From: Bacteroidota bacterium
Lineage (GTDB): Bacteria > Bacteroidota > Bacteroidia > 2-12-FULL-35-15
Direction of reading: 5' to 3'
DNA: 64,000 bases
NCBI GenBank assembly: GCA_947449315.1
Contig: CANFRC010000009.1
Span: 71,157 to 135,156, forward strand
Both the position numbers and the translations under genes were made by a program. Shown in pieces: positions 9,508-19,751 of the stretch (the stretch's first letter is position 1; each line of letters begins with the position of its first letter). Under the pieces are notes generated by a model, which saw only the letters and a program-made list of their open reading frames with translations, had not been told where the DNA came from and did no database searches.

Positions 9508-11517
9508 CTACTTCCCAACTATCACAAATTCTGTTCTTCTGTTTTTTGCCCTGCCTGCTTCTGTAGCGTTATCAGCAATTGGTTTGGAGGCGCCAAAACC
9601 TTTAAAATCAACCAATCGTTTTTCATCTATCCCTTGAGCAAGCAATAGATTTCTAACACTAAATGCCCTGTCGGTGGATAGAGCAAGATTTGATTTTACA
9701 TCTCCAACATTATCCGTATGTCCGTGCACTTCAATTTTAATCGTAGGATTTTTCTTTAGAAATTCGGCAAATTCTTCTATCACAATTGTAGAACTTGGAT
9801 CCAGATCTGCTGAATTTGTTTTGTAATAAATATTATTAAGAGCATATGTTTTACCAACTTTAATTGTATCAACAATCATATTAACCTTTGCAGGCTTGGC
9901 ATTTACAATCGAATCCTTTTTTATCAATTCAGAACTGAAAGAGTAATTGTCCTTTTTTACTGTAATAATAAGATCGTTTTTAGTTTTCTGATTTACAACA
10001 ACTGTATAATCACCTGTTAAAGTATCAACCATTGCTTTGGTGACTTTTTTTGTAACTGCATCTTTCACTTCTACTGTAAAACCTTTCGGTTCACCATGAC
10101 CATTGTCTTCAATTTTCCCTTTAAAAAATGCTACTTCATCAGGGCGAGCTTCCTTGTAGAGATCGAATGAATAAATATCATATTTTCCAACAGATTTCCC
10201 TTTTGTTCTGGCTGGTTCGTTTGAAGCAAAATATCCAAGGTGTCCATCAGTACTTACAAAGAAACCAAGATCATCACCTGTCGTATTAATTGGAACTCCA
10301 ATATTTTTCGGTTCAGCCCATTTACCATCCTCGCCTTTTTTTGAAAAGAAAATATCAAAGCCTCCCACTCCAGGTTGCCCATCAGAAGAAAAATAAAGTG
10401 TTTGAAAATCGGAGTGAATGAAAGGTGATTTTTCATCTCCACTTGTATTGATTGTTGGACCTAAATTTTCTGGAGTACACCAAACACCGTTATCACCCCG
10501 AACAGAGTTGTAAAGATCTACGCCTCCGCGACCACCTTTTCTGTCGCTTGCAAAATAAAGTGTCTTACCATCTGAGGCAATACTAGGCTGTGAATCCCAA
10601 TAAACAGGATCATTGATACCTTCTACCTTTTTTGCTTCTGTCCATTCTCCATTAACTTTATCCGAATAGTAGATGTCGCAATTAATGGTTGAACCGCCCT
10701 CATCTGTACATTTAGTAAAAAATAAATGTTTGTTATCAATAGACATGGTTGCACCGCCTTCACTTCCGTTTTTGTTAAATGGATACGACATTCGTTGCCC
10801 TTTATTAAATTGCCCGGTAATTTTGCTTCGGATCGAATAACTGAATAATTCCAATTCTTTGTCGCTCTGGTATACCACATTATTGTCAATAAAAGGCTGC
10901 TTTCTGGTAAACAACATCATTTCATCATCAGAGGATATGATTGGAAGATATTCGTCTTTTTCTGTACAAATACCAGGCACTGGATAAGGATCAAAAGGAA
11001 CAGGTTTCGCTAATTCAATATACAATTTACAATAGCGAATCATTTGTTTTGATTGTGATAAAAATGCATCGTAATCTTTGTTAAATTTCTTATCATCGTC
11101 ATCTTTAAAATCTAAGTATTGCTTTAAATATCTTATAGACTCTGCCCAATTTTCATCTTCGTATGCAATGAAACCAAGATAATAATAAGGATCAGAATGA
11201 TATTTAGGACATATCTCAATCACTTTTTTAAAGTATGGTTCCACAGGTTTGTATTTTGCATCGGCAAGGCTAAGTGTTTTAATTCGCTCTTCAGCAAAGG
11301 CGAAATTAGCATCCACGTAATCAGGTTCCAAAGCAATGGCTTTCGTAAGAAAAGCGAGGCGCTCTTCTTTTTTATATTTTTTATCTGTTCCCTGGGTATA
11401 AAGCTTAATTGCTTTTTTATTGTCTATCTCCTGACATTTTGTTTCTTCCTGAGCCAGCAAGGGAATCGCAAATGAACTAAGAATAAAAAATGATACTGCT
11501 TTTAAATAAAATTTCAT
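9508..11517 (-). CDS. OmpA-family outer-membrane lipoprotein with TPR repeats and TolB-like beta-propeller repeats
   Basis: C-terminal OmpA domain (VHGHTDNVGDVKSNLALSTDRAFSVRNLL…NRRTEFVIVGK), repeated PD40-like units (LYFSSDRKGG…, LYFSSDGQPGVGGFDIF), N-terminal signal and TPR-like region. Confidence 0.7.
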   Translation of the reverse strand: MKFYLKAVSFFILSSFAIPLLAQEETKCQEIDNKKAIKLYTQGTDKKYKKEERLAFLTKAIALEPDYVDANFAFAEERIKTLSLADAKYKPVEPYFKKVIEICPKYHSDPYYYLGFIAYEDENWAESIRYLKQYLDFKDDDDKKFNKDYDAFLSQSKQMIRYCKLYIELAKPVPFDPYPVPGICTEKDEYLPIISSDDEMMLFTRKQPFIDNNVVYQSDKELELFSYSIRSKITGQFNKGQRMSYPFNKNGSEGGATMSIDNKHLFFTKCTDEGGSTINCDIYYSDKVNGEWTEAKKVEGINDPVYWDSQPSIASDGKTLYFASDRKGGRGGVDLYNSVRGDNGVWCTPENLGPTINTSGDEKSPFIHSDFQTLYFSSDGQPGVGGFDIFFSKKGEDGKWAEPKNIGVPINTTGDDLGFFVSTDGHLGYFASNEPARTKGKSVGKYDIYSFDLYKEARPDEVAFFKGKIEDNGHGEPKGFTVEVKDAVTKKVTKAMVDTLTGDYTVVVNQKTKNDLIITVKKDNYSFSSELIKKDSIVNAKPAKVNMIVDTIKVGKTYALNNIYYKTNSADLDPSSTIVIEEFAEFLKKNPTIKIEVHGHTDNVGDVKSNLALSTDRAFSVRNLLLAQGIDEKRLVDFKGFGASKPIADNATEAGRAKNRRTEFVIVGK

Positions 11518-11621
11518 AGACTATTTTCTATAACGGGCTATTCCTTAAAAGATAAGCCATACAACCATTCAACGATGAATTTTTCCAGTAGGCATTCCAT
11601 TGGAACTTAATTAAAACTTTT

Positions 11622-14438
11622 TTATTGCAATTTCTTATCCGATTCCGCTTTTGCATTGATCAATATCTGATCTGCTTTTTTATTTGCCTCATCTAATATA
11701 GCTTGTGCTTTTTTGTCAATCTCCTTCTTCGCTTTTGGTGCTGCTAGTTTTGCAGTCCCTTTTGCTATCGGGTTTTTTATATCCTCAATATTTTTATCAA
11801 TTGCTGCATACCCTTCTGCTATTGTTTTATCTGCTAAAACTTTTGCTTCTGCCTTTATTTTATCCGCCTTTTCCTGAGCATCCTTCAATATTTTTTCTGC
11901 TTCTTCCTTCGCTTTTTGTTTAGCCGCGTCTATCCCTTTATTTAAAAGATCTGCCACCTGATCCTTAACACCTGCAGAAGGATTAAACAAGTCTGTTTTT
12001 AAAGTAGGCTTCGTGACTGTTCCACCAAACAATGCTTTGATCTTGACTTTATCCCCTAACTTAACATTTGTTCCTGCTTGTTTATTCAACTGATCCATCA
12101 AACTTCCCGCAACAGCATTCGCTTGAGAACCAAATTCCGAACGAGGAATCTCAAGATCCCATGTATAATCAATGGTTTGATCGAATCCCGTTGATCCTTT
12201 CACTTTCCCTGTCAAACTTCCGCATTTAATTGGCATTTCATCCACAATCAATCTTCCATCTACAAAACGATAACTTGCATTCACATTTTCGAAGGTCATC
12301 TTTTTGTATCTTTCTTGTTTCAAAGCATCAGCTAATTTATCAATTGGTTCAAATCCTTCAACAACAACACTTTTTGTAGTCAATTTACCACCACCTGTCA
12401 ACGATTTCATATCTGGATTCATATGCTGATCCATGAAGGTCGTGAACTTTAATTTCGTACCAAATTTACCTTTTGCATATTTTCCTATCGGCGCTAATTT
12501 TTGAACGCTATTAAAAGCTTTAAATGTTTTAGGGATGTCAAAGTTTGCGATATCAACATCAAAATCAACTGAAGGCTTTTTTATATCCTGAGAACTATAC
12601 ACACCTGTTAAGCCCATCGTTCCTTCTAACTCATCTATTGTCAATTTCAAATCATCTAACATCATCCTGCTGTCTTTGATTGCAACACCACCTATAACAT
12701 TTGTGATGGTCAATTTATCGTACAACATTTTTTTAAGATTTGCATTTAATTTTACTTCCAAATTAGAGGGCACTAGCACAACAGACATGGCGGCAGTATC
12801 AGCAGCGGCAGCAGTTTCAGGTTTAGTCGTATCACTACTACTCATTAGTTCATTCAAATCAAGATAGCTGGAATTTAAATTAAAACTTCCTTTAAGTAAT
12901 GAATCCTTTAAGGCGTATTGTAAAAAGTTTTCAATCTTACCATTCATTTGAATATCACTCTTTCCAATCTTTGCATCTAAGGCAGTCAGATCAACTGTTT
13001 TAGGATTAAAAGTTAAATACAACTTGCTAATCTGTGTCGGATAATTCAAGGATTTTGTTTGGTAGTTCATATCCAAAATAGCAAGTGTTCCTTCTGCATA
13101 AAATTCATCATAGTGCTCTTTTTCAATTGCACTCAAGCGTCCGTTCATTTTGATATCCGCTGTGATCATTCCATTAAGATCGTCTCCCTTTTCAAGAGGA
13201 ATAACATCTTTCATTGTAGCTAAGTTAATTTTTGCCAATACTTTGGCAACAATGTTTGCATCTGAAACAGGAGTAGAAACATGCATCGTAGCATCAACAG
13301 GATTGCCAGCCATTTCCACATGAAATTTATTCAGATCAATAACAGTGGCATCAGGATCTCCTGTTTTGTTATCTAACGCTAGATCCACCTGAATGTTTGT
13401 AGCCGATTTGGGTAGCGAAGGATATTGGAACATTGCATCTTTAATGATTAATTTTCCACCAAAAGCCGGCATTTTATTCGTAGAATATATCCCTTTTACA
13501 AAACCATCAAGCGCAAGCGATCCAGTGGTTTTCACATCTTTGAAATCAGCTGTATAAACTCCAGGCACTAATGATAAAATATTCTTGAACGCTGTTTGGT
13601 TTGCCTTAAATTTCAAATCCATATCCATATCATCTTTCGGCATAGCAAAATAGCCATCGAGTCCCAAAGTCAATTCATTTAACGAAAATTCATTGTCCTT
13701 AAATGTGAATTTAAAATTAGGCATATCGACATCCATATCGGCCTTAATAGCGGTTTTTACCTTATTCAAATAAGTAACACTACCATAGACTATTGTCATT
13801 TTTTCAATATCGGTAAGTGTTGTAAGAACAAAATTATCCGAGGTAAAATCACCACTTAACGTATGATTCATATTATACAATTCCGTCTTGAAATCCATAG
13901 ACGCATCATCATACATGATGTAACCATTCTTTATTTCAAACTTCTTTAACGTCATTTTAAAAGGAGCAGAATTCGCTGTATCAGCTGTCCCTGTTGAATC
14001 CGAAGACGGCTTTGTAATATCCCAATTTGCCATTCCATCTTTCATCACCAAAGCATGAATACGTGGTTGATTAAGTTTGACAGAATTGATCTTATACTTT
14101 TCACCTTTTATGACACTAACTAAATCTAATCCTATTGTCAGATTTTGAGCGAATAACAATGTATCGCCCTGAAAATAGCCCGTATTGGCAACACTCACAC
14201 TATCAACAGAAAGAGTAAAATCAGGAAACGTACTTAGTAACGTTAAGTCAAACTGACCAAAATTCACTTTCGCATTCAATTGTTCATTCGCTGTATCTTT
14301 CACAAATTGTACAATTTGTTTCTTAAATAAAAACGGTGCGCTGATGATCAAAATAATCAAGACTAGCATCGTTATTCCTGTCCATTTGAAAATTCTGCGT
14401 AGTAAACTTTTTTTCTTTTTGGGTATTTCGTTTGCCAT
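11622..14438 (-). CDS. AsmA-family outer-membrane biogenesis protein (N-terminal membrane anchor; Lys/Ala/Glu-rich C-terminal tail)
   Basis: 938 aa; N-terminal TM helix (WTGITMLVLIILIISAPFLF) followed by a long beta-rich body typical of AsmA/TamB-like proteins. Confidence 0.65.
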   Translation of the reverse strand: MANEIPKKKKSLLRRIFKWTGITMLVLIILIISAPFLFKKQIVQFVKDTANEQLNAKVNFGQFDLTLLSTFPDFTLSVDSVSVANTGYFQGDTLLFAQNLTIGLDLVSVIKGEKYKINSVKLNQPRIHALVMKDGMANWDITKPSSDSTGTADTANSAPFKMTLKKFEIKNGYIMYDDASMDFKTELYNMNHTLSGDFTSDNFVLTTLTDIEKMTIVYGSVTYLNKVKTAIKADMDVDMPNFKFTFKDNEFSLNELTLGLDGYFAMPKDDMDMDLKFKANQTAFKNILSLVPGVYTADFKDVKTTGSLALDGFVKGIYSTNKMPAFGGKLIIKDAMFQYPSLPKSATNIQVDLALDNKTGDPDATVIDLNKFHVEMAGNPVDATMHVSTPVSDANIVAKVLAKINLATMKDVIPLEKGDDLNGMITADIKMNGRLSAIEKEHYDEFYAEGTLAILDMNYQTKSLNYPTQISKLYLTFNPKTVDLTALDAKIGKSDIQMNGKIENFLQYALKDSLLKGSFNLNSSYLDLNELMSSSDTTKPETAAAADTAAMSVVLVPSNLEVKLNANLKKMLYDKLTITNVIGGVAIKDSRMMLDDLKLTIDELEGTMGLTGVYSSQDIKKPSVDFDVDIANFDIPKTFKAFNSVQKLAPIGKYAKGKFGTKLKFTTFMDQHMNPDMKSLTGGGKLTTKSVVVEGFEPIDKLADALKQERYKKMTFENVNASYRFVDGRLIVDEMPIKCGSLTGKVKGSTGFDQTIDYTWDLEIPRSEFGSQANAVAGSLMDQLNKQAGTNVKLGDKVKIKALFGGTVTKPTLKTDLFNPSAGVKDQVADLLNKGIDAAKQKAKEEAEKILKDAQEKADKIKAEAKVLADKTIAEGYAAIDKNIEDIKNPIAKGTAKLAAPKAKKEIDKKAQAILDEANKKADQILINAKAESDKKLQ

Positions 14439-14468
14439 AACTATTTGTCACTAATTAGAATTTGAATA

Positions 14469-15548
14469 TTATAATTTAGAATTTTTTGATCGCAATAAAT
14501 GATCTACAAGAACTAATGCCGCCATTGCCTCTACTATAGGAACAGCTCTGGGCAATACGCAAGGATCATGCCGACCTTTACCAGTCATTTCAACTGCTTC
14601 CCCGTTCGCATTAACCGTATTTTGTTTTTGCATAATAGTTGCAACGGGTTTGAAGGCTACACGAAAATAGATATCATCTCCATTACTTATTCCACCTTGT
14701 ATTCCACCTGAATGATTTGTTTTTGTTTTGATAGCATTGCTTTCCGAAACGAACGCATCATTATGCAGTGATCCATTCATTTTTACTCCTTCAAATCCAC
14801 TTCCATATTCAAAACCTTTTACAGCATTGATACTTAGCATTGCTTTACCCATATCCGCATGTAATTTATCGAAAACAGGTTCTCCTAATCCTACAGGAAC
14901 TCCTTTTGCCACACATGAAATTATTCCTCCGATTGTATCACCAGCTTTACGAACCTGCTCAATCTTCTGAATCATTGTTTCGGCAAGTAGAACATCCGGA
15001 CAACGAACAGGATTCGAATCAATTAAATTAAAATCCAAATCATGATAATTTTTCAATAATTTAATATCGCCAACTTGAGATGTATAGGCGTTAACGGAAA
15101 TTCCGTAATGCTTTAAAATGAGTTTAGCAATAGCGCCCGCCACTACTCTACTTACTGTTTCACGGGCAGAAGAACGTCCGCCACCTCGATGATCCCGCAT
15201 TCCATATTTTGCTTCATAGGTATAATCAGCATGGGAAGGTCGGTATACATCTATATTGTGTTCATAATCTTTCGATTTTTGATTTTCATTGCGAACAATA
15301 AAACCAATTGGAGTTCCCGTTGTCTTTCCTTCGAAAATTCCGGAAAGAAATTCCACTTTGTCACCTTCTTTACGTTGAGTAACAATAGAAGACTGACCAG
15401 GACGTCTTCTATCTAATTCAGATTGGATAAATTCTTGATCGATAACGAGTGCGGCAGGACAACCATCAATAATACCACCCAGCGCTTCGCCATGCGATTC
15501 GCCGAATGTAGTAAGGGTAAATATTTTTCCGAAAGTATTGCCAGCCAT
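14469..15548 (-). CDS. aroC: chorismate synthase
   Basis: [20 protein letters not shown]…[10 protein letters not shown]… canonical AroC motifs. Confidence 0.9.
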   Translation of the reverse strand: MAGNTFGKIFTLTTFGESHGEALGGIIDGCPAALVIDQEFIQSELDRRRPGQSSIVTQRKEGDKVEFLSGIFEGKTTGTPIGFIVRNENQKSKDYEHNIDVYRPSHADYTYEAKYGMRDHRGGGRSSARETVSRVVAGAIAKLILKHYGISVNAYTSQVGDIKLLKNYHDLDFNLIDSNPVRCPDVLLAETMIQKIEQVRKAGDTIGGIISCVAKGVPVGLGEPVFDKLHADMGKAMLSINAVKGFEYGSGFEGVKMNGSLHNDAFVSESNAIKTKTNHSGGIQGGISNGDDIYFRVAFKPVATIMQKQNTVNANGEAVEMTGKGRHDPCVLPRAVPIVEAMAALVLVDHLLRSKNSKL

Positions 15549-15604
15549 AAAATAGTATTATAAAACAGTCAAAATTAATGAATTATCGGGAGGAAACTTC
15601 CGCT

Positions 15605-16678
15605 TTAATTGTAAATAATTTTCTTGCATGAACAGCTTTTTCCAGCAACAACCTTCACAAAATAAATTCCAGTATCAAATGGTGTAAGATCTATTTGCTT
15701 TTTATATGTCCCGGTATTTTTTTCAACCTGATCAAAATAGATGGATCGCCCTAAAATGTCCGTAATAAAAACAGAAATATCTTGAGAAGAAGTTATAAAA
15801 CTTAGCTCAACTATTCCATTGGAAGGATTAGGAGCAACTGTAATATCCATCTGATCAAAGCCTTCCTTTACAGACAAATTAGGATTACACATTGCTGGAG
15901 CCAAATAACTTTGATTCAAACTACAACCTGCACCATCTGAAAAAATAGCGGAAACAAAACATGTATTACTGTCGGAAGGTAAACCTGAAAATAAATAGTT
16001 CGTGGGATTAGTAAATGGAGGTGTAAACGTTTGGCTACCTCCACAACTTCCAAAAACGGTTAATGTTCCTGTTGTAGGAGGATTCGAAAAATTCATTACA
16101 CCTGAAATACTATATGTGTTATCGGTAACATTACAAACAGATGGCGTAGCAGATAAGAAATTAAAAGAACAAGGTAAAACACATGTTGCCACGCCTGAAC
16201 CTCCACTTTGGGAATAGGAAACAAAAGCGGGTTGCCCAGAATAGTTAGACACCATGGCTATATAGTAAGAACCAGTTGTTGCACCTGTAATTGCAAAATT
16301 GAGCAAATTATCAGTAGAATAATCACATCCCAAAATATGTCCTGCATCCAATTGCGAATAACATATCCCTGACATGCTCGAAAATGGACCCCAATAAATA
16401 TAATCAATGTCCAATGGATTATCGGAAGCATCTAATCCCGCTCCTGTAATAGTAAGGTCGCCGGGAGAAGTTACAAAAATAGAAATCCATAACGGACTAG
16501 ATTGTGTAGCTAAACAACCATAATCTGGTCCCGAAGGCGCAATAATACCAGCAGCCATTGTATAGTTATAATAATTGCCGCTACAAAATGGTGAAGGAGT
16601 AAAACAACTATCCTGAGCCTTTAGGGAATTAAGTATAAATAAAAACAAGATGAGAAAAGAAATGATAGTTTTTTTCAT
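15605..16678 (-). CDS. secreted protein with T9SS C-terminal sorting domain
   Basis: Signal peptide, Ser/Gly/Thr-rich beta-rich body, C-terminal …GIVELSF…ISVFITDILGRSIYF…GIYFVKVVAG…. Confidence 0.6.
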   Translation of the reverse strand: MKKTIISFLILFLFILNSLKAQDSCFTPSPFCSGNYYNYTMAAGIIAPSGPDYGCLATQSSPLWISIFVTSPGDLTITGAGLDASDNPLDIDYIYWGPFSSMSGICYSQLDAGHILGCDYSTDNLLNFAITGATTGSYYIAMVSNYSGQPAFVSYSQSGGSGVATCVLPCSFNFLSATPSVCNVTDNTYSISGVMNFSNPPTTGTLTVFGSCGGSQTFTPPFTNPTNYLFSGLPSDSNTCFVSAIFSDGAGCSLNQSYLAPAMCNPNLSVKEGFDQMDITVAPNPSNGIVELSFITSSQDISVFITDILGRSIYFDQVEKNTGTYKKQIDLTPFDTGIYFVKVVAGKSCSCKKIIYN

Positions 16679-16807
16679 AGGATAGAAGTGAATTACAATC
16701 CTAACAAATATAATGAATTAATAACTGTTTTTTTGTTCGTTCAAAAAAATAAAAAATCATCGGATAATACCTAGTAAATTCTTATCTTTCGACCTAATTG
16801 TCTTTGC

Positions 16808-18061
16808 ATGAAAATTCTAATAAAAAACATAAAACAATTAGTTCAGGTTGAAGAAAATTCCCGTTTAAAAGTGGCAGGGATAGACATGAAAAATCTTCCC
16901 TGTATTCAGGATGCATGGCTTGCTATTGAAAACGATACAATTGCAGGATTTGGAAAGATGGATGATTGGGAAGGAATTTCGGACTGGACAAATTTAACAA
17001 TCATAGATGCTTCCGATAAAATTGTAATGCCTAGTTATTGCGATAGCCATACCCATATTGTTTTTGCAGGCAGTCGCGAAGGTGAATTTGTGGATAGAAT
17101 CAACGGCCTAACCTATGAACAAATATTCGAAAGAGGTGGTGGTATTTTAAATTCTGCAAAAAAATTAGCGGATGCTTCGGAAGACGAATTAGTAAAGAGT
17201 GCTCTTATACGACTGAATGAGATCATGATTCAAGGAACTGGTGCTGTTGAAATAAAAAGTGGTTACGGATTAAGTGTTGAGTCCGAATTAAAAATGCTGC
17301 GTGTCATCAAAAAACTAAAAACACTTTCTCCTTTAACAATAAAAGCTACTTTCCTTGGTGCACATGCTGTTCCGACTGAATATAAAAATGACAAAAGAAA
17401 ATACATCGATCTTTTAATAAATGAAATGATGCCCAAAATTGCCGCAGAGCAATTAGCTGATTATTGCGATGTATTCTGTGAGAAGAACTATTTTACTAAA
17501 GAAGAAACAATAGAAATATTAACAGCCGGAAAAAAGCATGGTATGTCTCCTAAAGTACATGCTGAGCAGCTAAGTAATTCTGGTGGTGTATTAGCTGGTG
17601 TAGAGGTCGGAGCAATCAGTGTTGACCATTTGGAATTTGTGGGAGAGACAGAAATAAAAGCATTACAAAATTCAAATACAATACCAACCATTTTACCGGG
17701 AGCTGCCTTCTTTTTAGGGCTACCCCATCCACCCGCACGCAAAATGATTGATTCTGGATTAGCAGTTGCTATTGCTTCTGACTTTAACCCCGGAAGCAGT
17801 CCAAGTGGGAACATGAATTTAATGCTCTCTCTTGGTTGTATCCATTACAAAATGACACCAGAAGAAGTTATTAATGCTTCAACTATTAACTCAGCATATG
17901 CTATGGATCTAAGCAAAACACATGGCAGTATAGCAATTGGAAAAAAAGCAAATATTTTCATTACAAAAGAAATTCCGGGATATTCTTTTATACCCTATTC
18001 ATTTGGAAGTAATTTAGTAGATACAATTATTATTAATGGTAAAATAATCGAAAAAAAATAA
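16808..18061 (+). CDS. hutI: imidazolonepropionase
   Basis: Amidohydrolase metal-binding motifs (YCDSHTHIVFAGSR…; …DHLEF…; IASDFNPGSSPS) diagnostic of HutI. Confidence 0.85.
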   Translation: MKILIKNIKQLVQVEENSRLKVAGIDMKNLPCIQDAWLAIENDTIAGFGKMDDWEGISDWTNLTIIDASDKIVMPSYCDSHTHIVFAGSREGEFVDRINGLTYEQIFERGGGILNSAKKLADASEDELVKSALIRLNEIMIQGTGAVEIKSGYGLSVESELKMLRVIKKLKTLSPLTIKATFLGAHAVPTEYKNDKRKYIDLLINEMMPKIAAEQLADYCDVFCEKNYFTKEETIEILTAGKKHGMSPKVHAEQLSNSGGVLAGVEVGAISVDHLEFVGETEIKALQNSNTIPTILPGAAFFLGLPHPPARKMIDSGLAVAIASDFNPGSSPSGNMNLMLSLGCIHYKMTPEEVINASTINSAYAMDLSKTHGSIAIGKKANIFITKEIPGYSFIPYSFGSNLVDTIIINGKIIEKK

Positions 18062-18066
18062 CGCAT

Positions 18067-19749
18067 ATGAATCAATTAATCGAATGTGTTCCGAATTTTT
18101 CTGAAGGACACGACATGAACATCATTCATCAAATTACAACTGAAATTGAATCTGTTGAGGGTGTAAAATTATTAAATGTAGATCCGGGCAAAGCAACGAA
18201 CAGAACTGTAGTCACCTTTGTCGGAAATCCCGATGCTGTTATTCAAGCAGCATTTCTAGCAATAAAAAAAGCAGGTGAATTGATCGATATGAGCAAACAT
18301 AAAGGCGAACACCCACGAATGGGTGCTACCGATGTATGTCCGCTAATTCCAATCGCAGGAATCACCATGGAAGAAACGGCCGAGTATGCAAAAAAACTAG
18401 GTGCCAGAGTTGGAAAAGAACTAAGCATTCCTGTTTATCTCTATGAAGCGGCACAAACAGATAAAAAGCGTAATAATTTATCTGTAATTCGGGCAGGGGA
18501 ATACGAAGGTTTTTTCAAAAAAATAAAACTACCAGAATGGAAACCAGATTTCGGTCCTGCTGAACATTCTGTAAAATCAGGCTCAACCGTTATTGGGGCG
18601 CGTGACTTTCTAGTTGCATATAACGTAAATTTAAATACCACTTCAACCCGAAGAGCTAATTCAATTGCATTTGATGTTCGTGAAGCCGGTCGCGTAAAAC
18701 GCGAAGGAAACCCGGTAACTGGCAAAATTGTAATCGATGAAAAAGGAAACAATGTAAACATTCCTGGATCTTTAAAATCTGTAAAAGCGATTGGTTGGTA
18801 TATTGAAGAATATGGAATTGCACAAATTTCCATGAACTTAACGAATATCAATATCACATCTGTTCATAAGGCTTTTGATGAAGTATGTTCCAAAGCAAAC
18901 GAACGTGGGATCAGGGTAACAGGTTCAGAGTTGGTGGGATTGGTACCATTGAAATCAATGCTGGATGCCGGAAAATACTTTTTAGAAAAACAAAATCGTT
19001 CTATCGGTGTATCAGAAAAGGAACTAATTAAAATTGCCGTAAAATCACTTGGTTTGGATGAGTTATCTCCGTTTAAGCCCGAAGAACGCATTATTGAGTA
19101 CCTGTTAAAAAATAATTCAGAATCACGATTAATAAAAATGGATCTTGTTGAATTTGCTAATGAAACAGCAAGTGAGAGCCCCGCTCCCGGTGGAGGTTCT
19201 ATCGCTGCTTATATTGGTTCTCTTGGCATTTCTCTAGGAACAATGGTTGCTAACCTTTCTTCTCACAAACCAGGATGGGATGATCGTTGGAAAGAATTTT
19301 CCGATTGGGCAGAACGTGGTCAGTATTATAAAAATGAATTATTAAAATTAGTAGATGAAGACACAAATGCATTCAACAAGATCATGACAGCATTTGGATT
19401 ACCAAAAGGAACTGATGAAGAGAAAAAATCCAGAACATCAGCCATACAAGAAGCCACAAAATATGCCACAGAAGTACCTTTCAAGGTGATGCAATTGTGT
19501 TATGATTCTATGGAAGTAATAAAAGCAATGGCAGAAATAGGAAACCCTAATTCTGTAACCGACGCTGGCGTTGGCGCATTATGCGCAAGGTCTGCTGTAA
19601 TGGGAGCCTTTCTTAATGTAAAAATAAATGCTGGAGGATTAACCGATAAAGCATTTTCACAGAACATTATTGACCAAGGGAACGTATTAGAAGAAAAAAC
19701 AAAAGCGCTGGAAACAGAGATCTTGCAGATCGTTAATTCTAAAATTTAG
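18067..19749 (+). CDS. bifunctional glutamate formimidoyltransferase / formimidoyltetrahydrofolate cyclodeaminase
   Basis: N-terminal MNQLIECVPNFSEG…HPRMGATDVCP (formiminotransferase) plus a C-terminal ~200-aa cyclodeaminase domain. 560 aa fits fused FTCD. Confidence 0.8.
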   Translation: MNQLIECVPNFSEGHDMNIIHQITTEIESVEGVKLLNVDPGKATNRTVVTFVGNPDAVIQAAFLAIKKAGELIDMSKHKGEHPRMGATDVCPLIPIAGITMEETAEYAKKLGARVGKELSIPVYLYEAAQTDKKRNNLSVIRAGEYEGFFKKIKLPEWKPDFGPAEHSVKSGSTVIGARDFLVAYNVNLNTTSTRRANSIAFDVREAGRVKREGNPVTGKIVIDEKGNNVNIPGSLKSVKAIGWYIEEYGIAQISMNLTNINITSVHKAFDEVCSKANERGIRVTGSELVGLVPLKSMLDAGKYFLEKQNRSIGVSEKELIKIAVKSLGLDELSPFKPEERIIEYLLKNNSESRLIKMDLVEFANETASESPAPGGGSIAAYIGSLGISLGTMVANLSSHKPGWDDRWKEFSDWAERGQYYKNELLKLVDEDTNAFNKIMTAFGLPKGTDEEKKSRTSAIQEATKYATEVPFKVMQLCYDSMEVIKAMAEIGNPNSVTDAGVGALCARSAVMGAFLNVKINAGGLTDKAFSQNIIDQGNVLEEKTKALETEILQIVNSKI

Positions 19750-19751
19750 TT

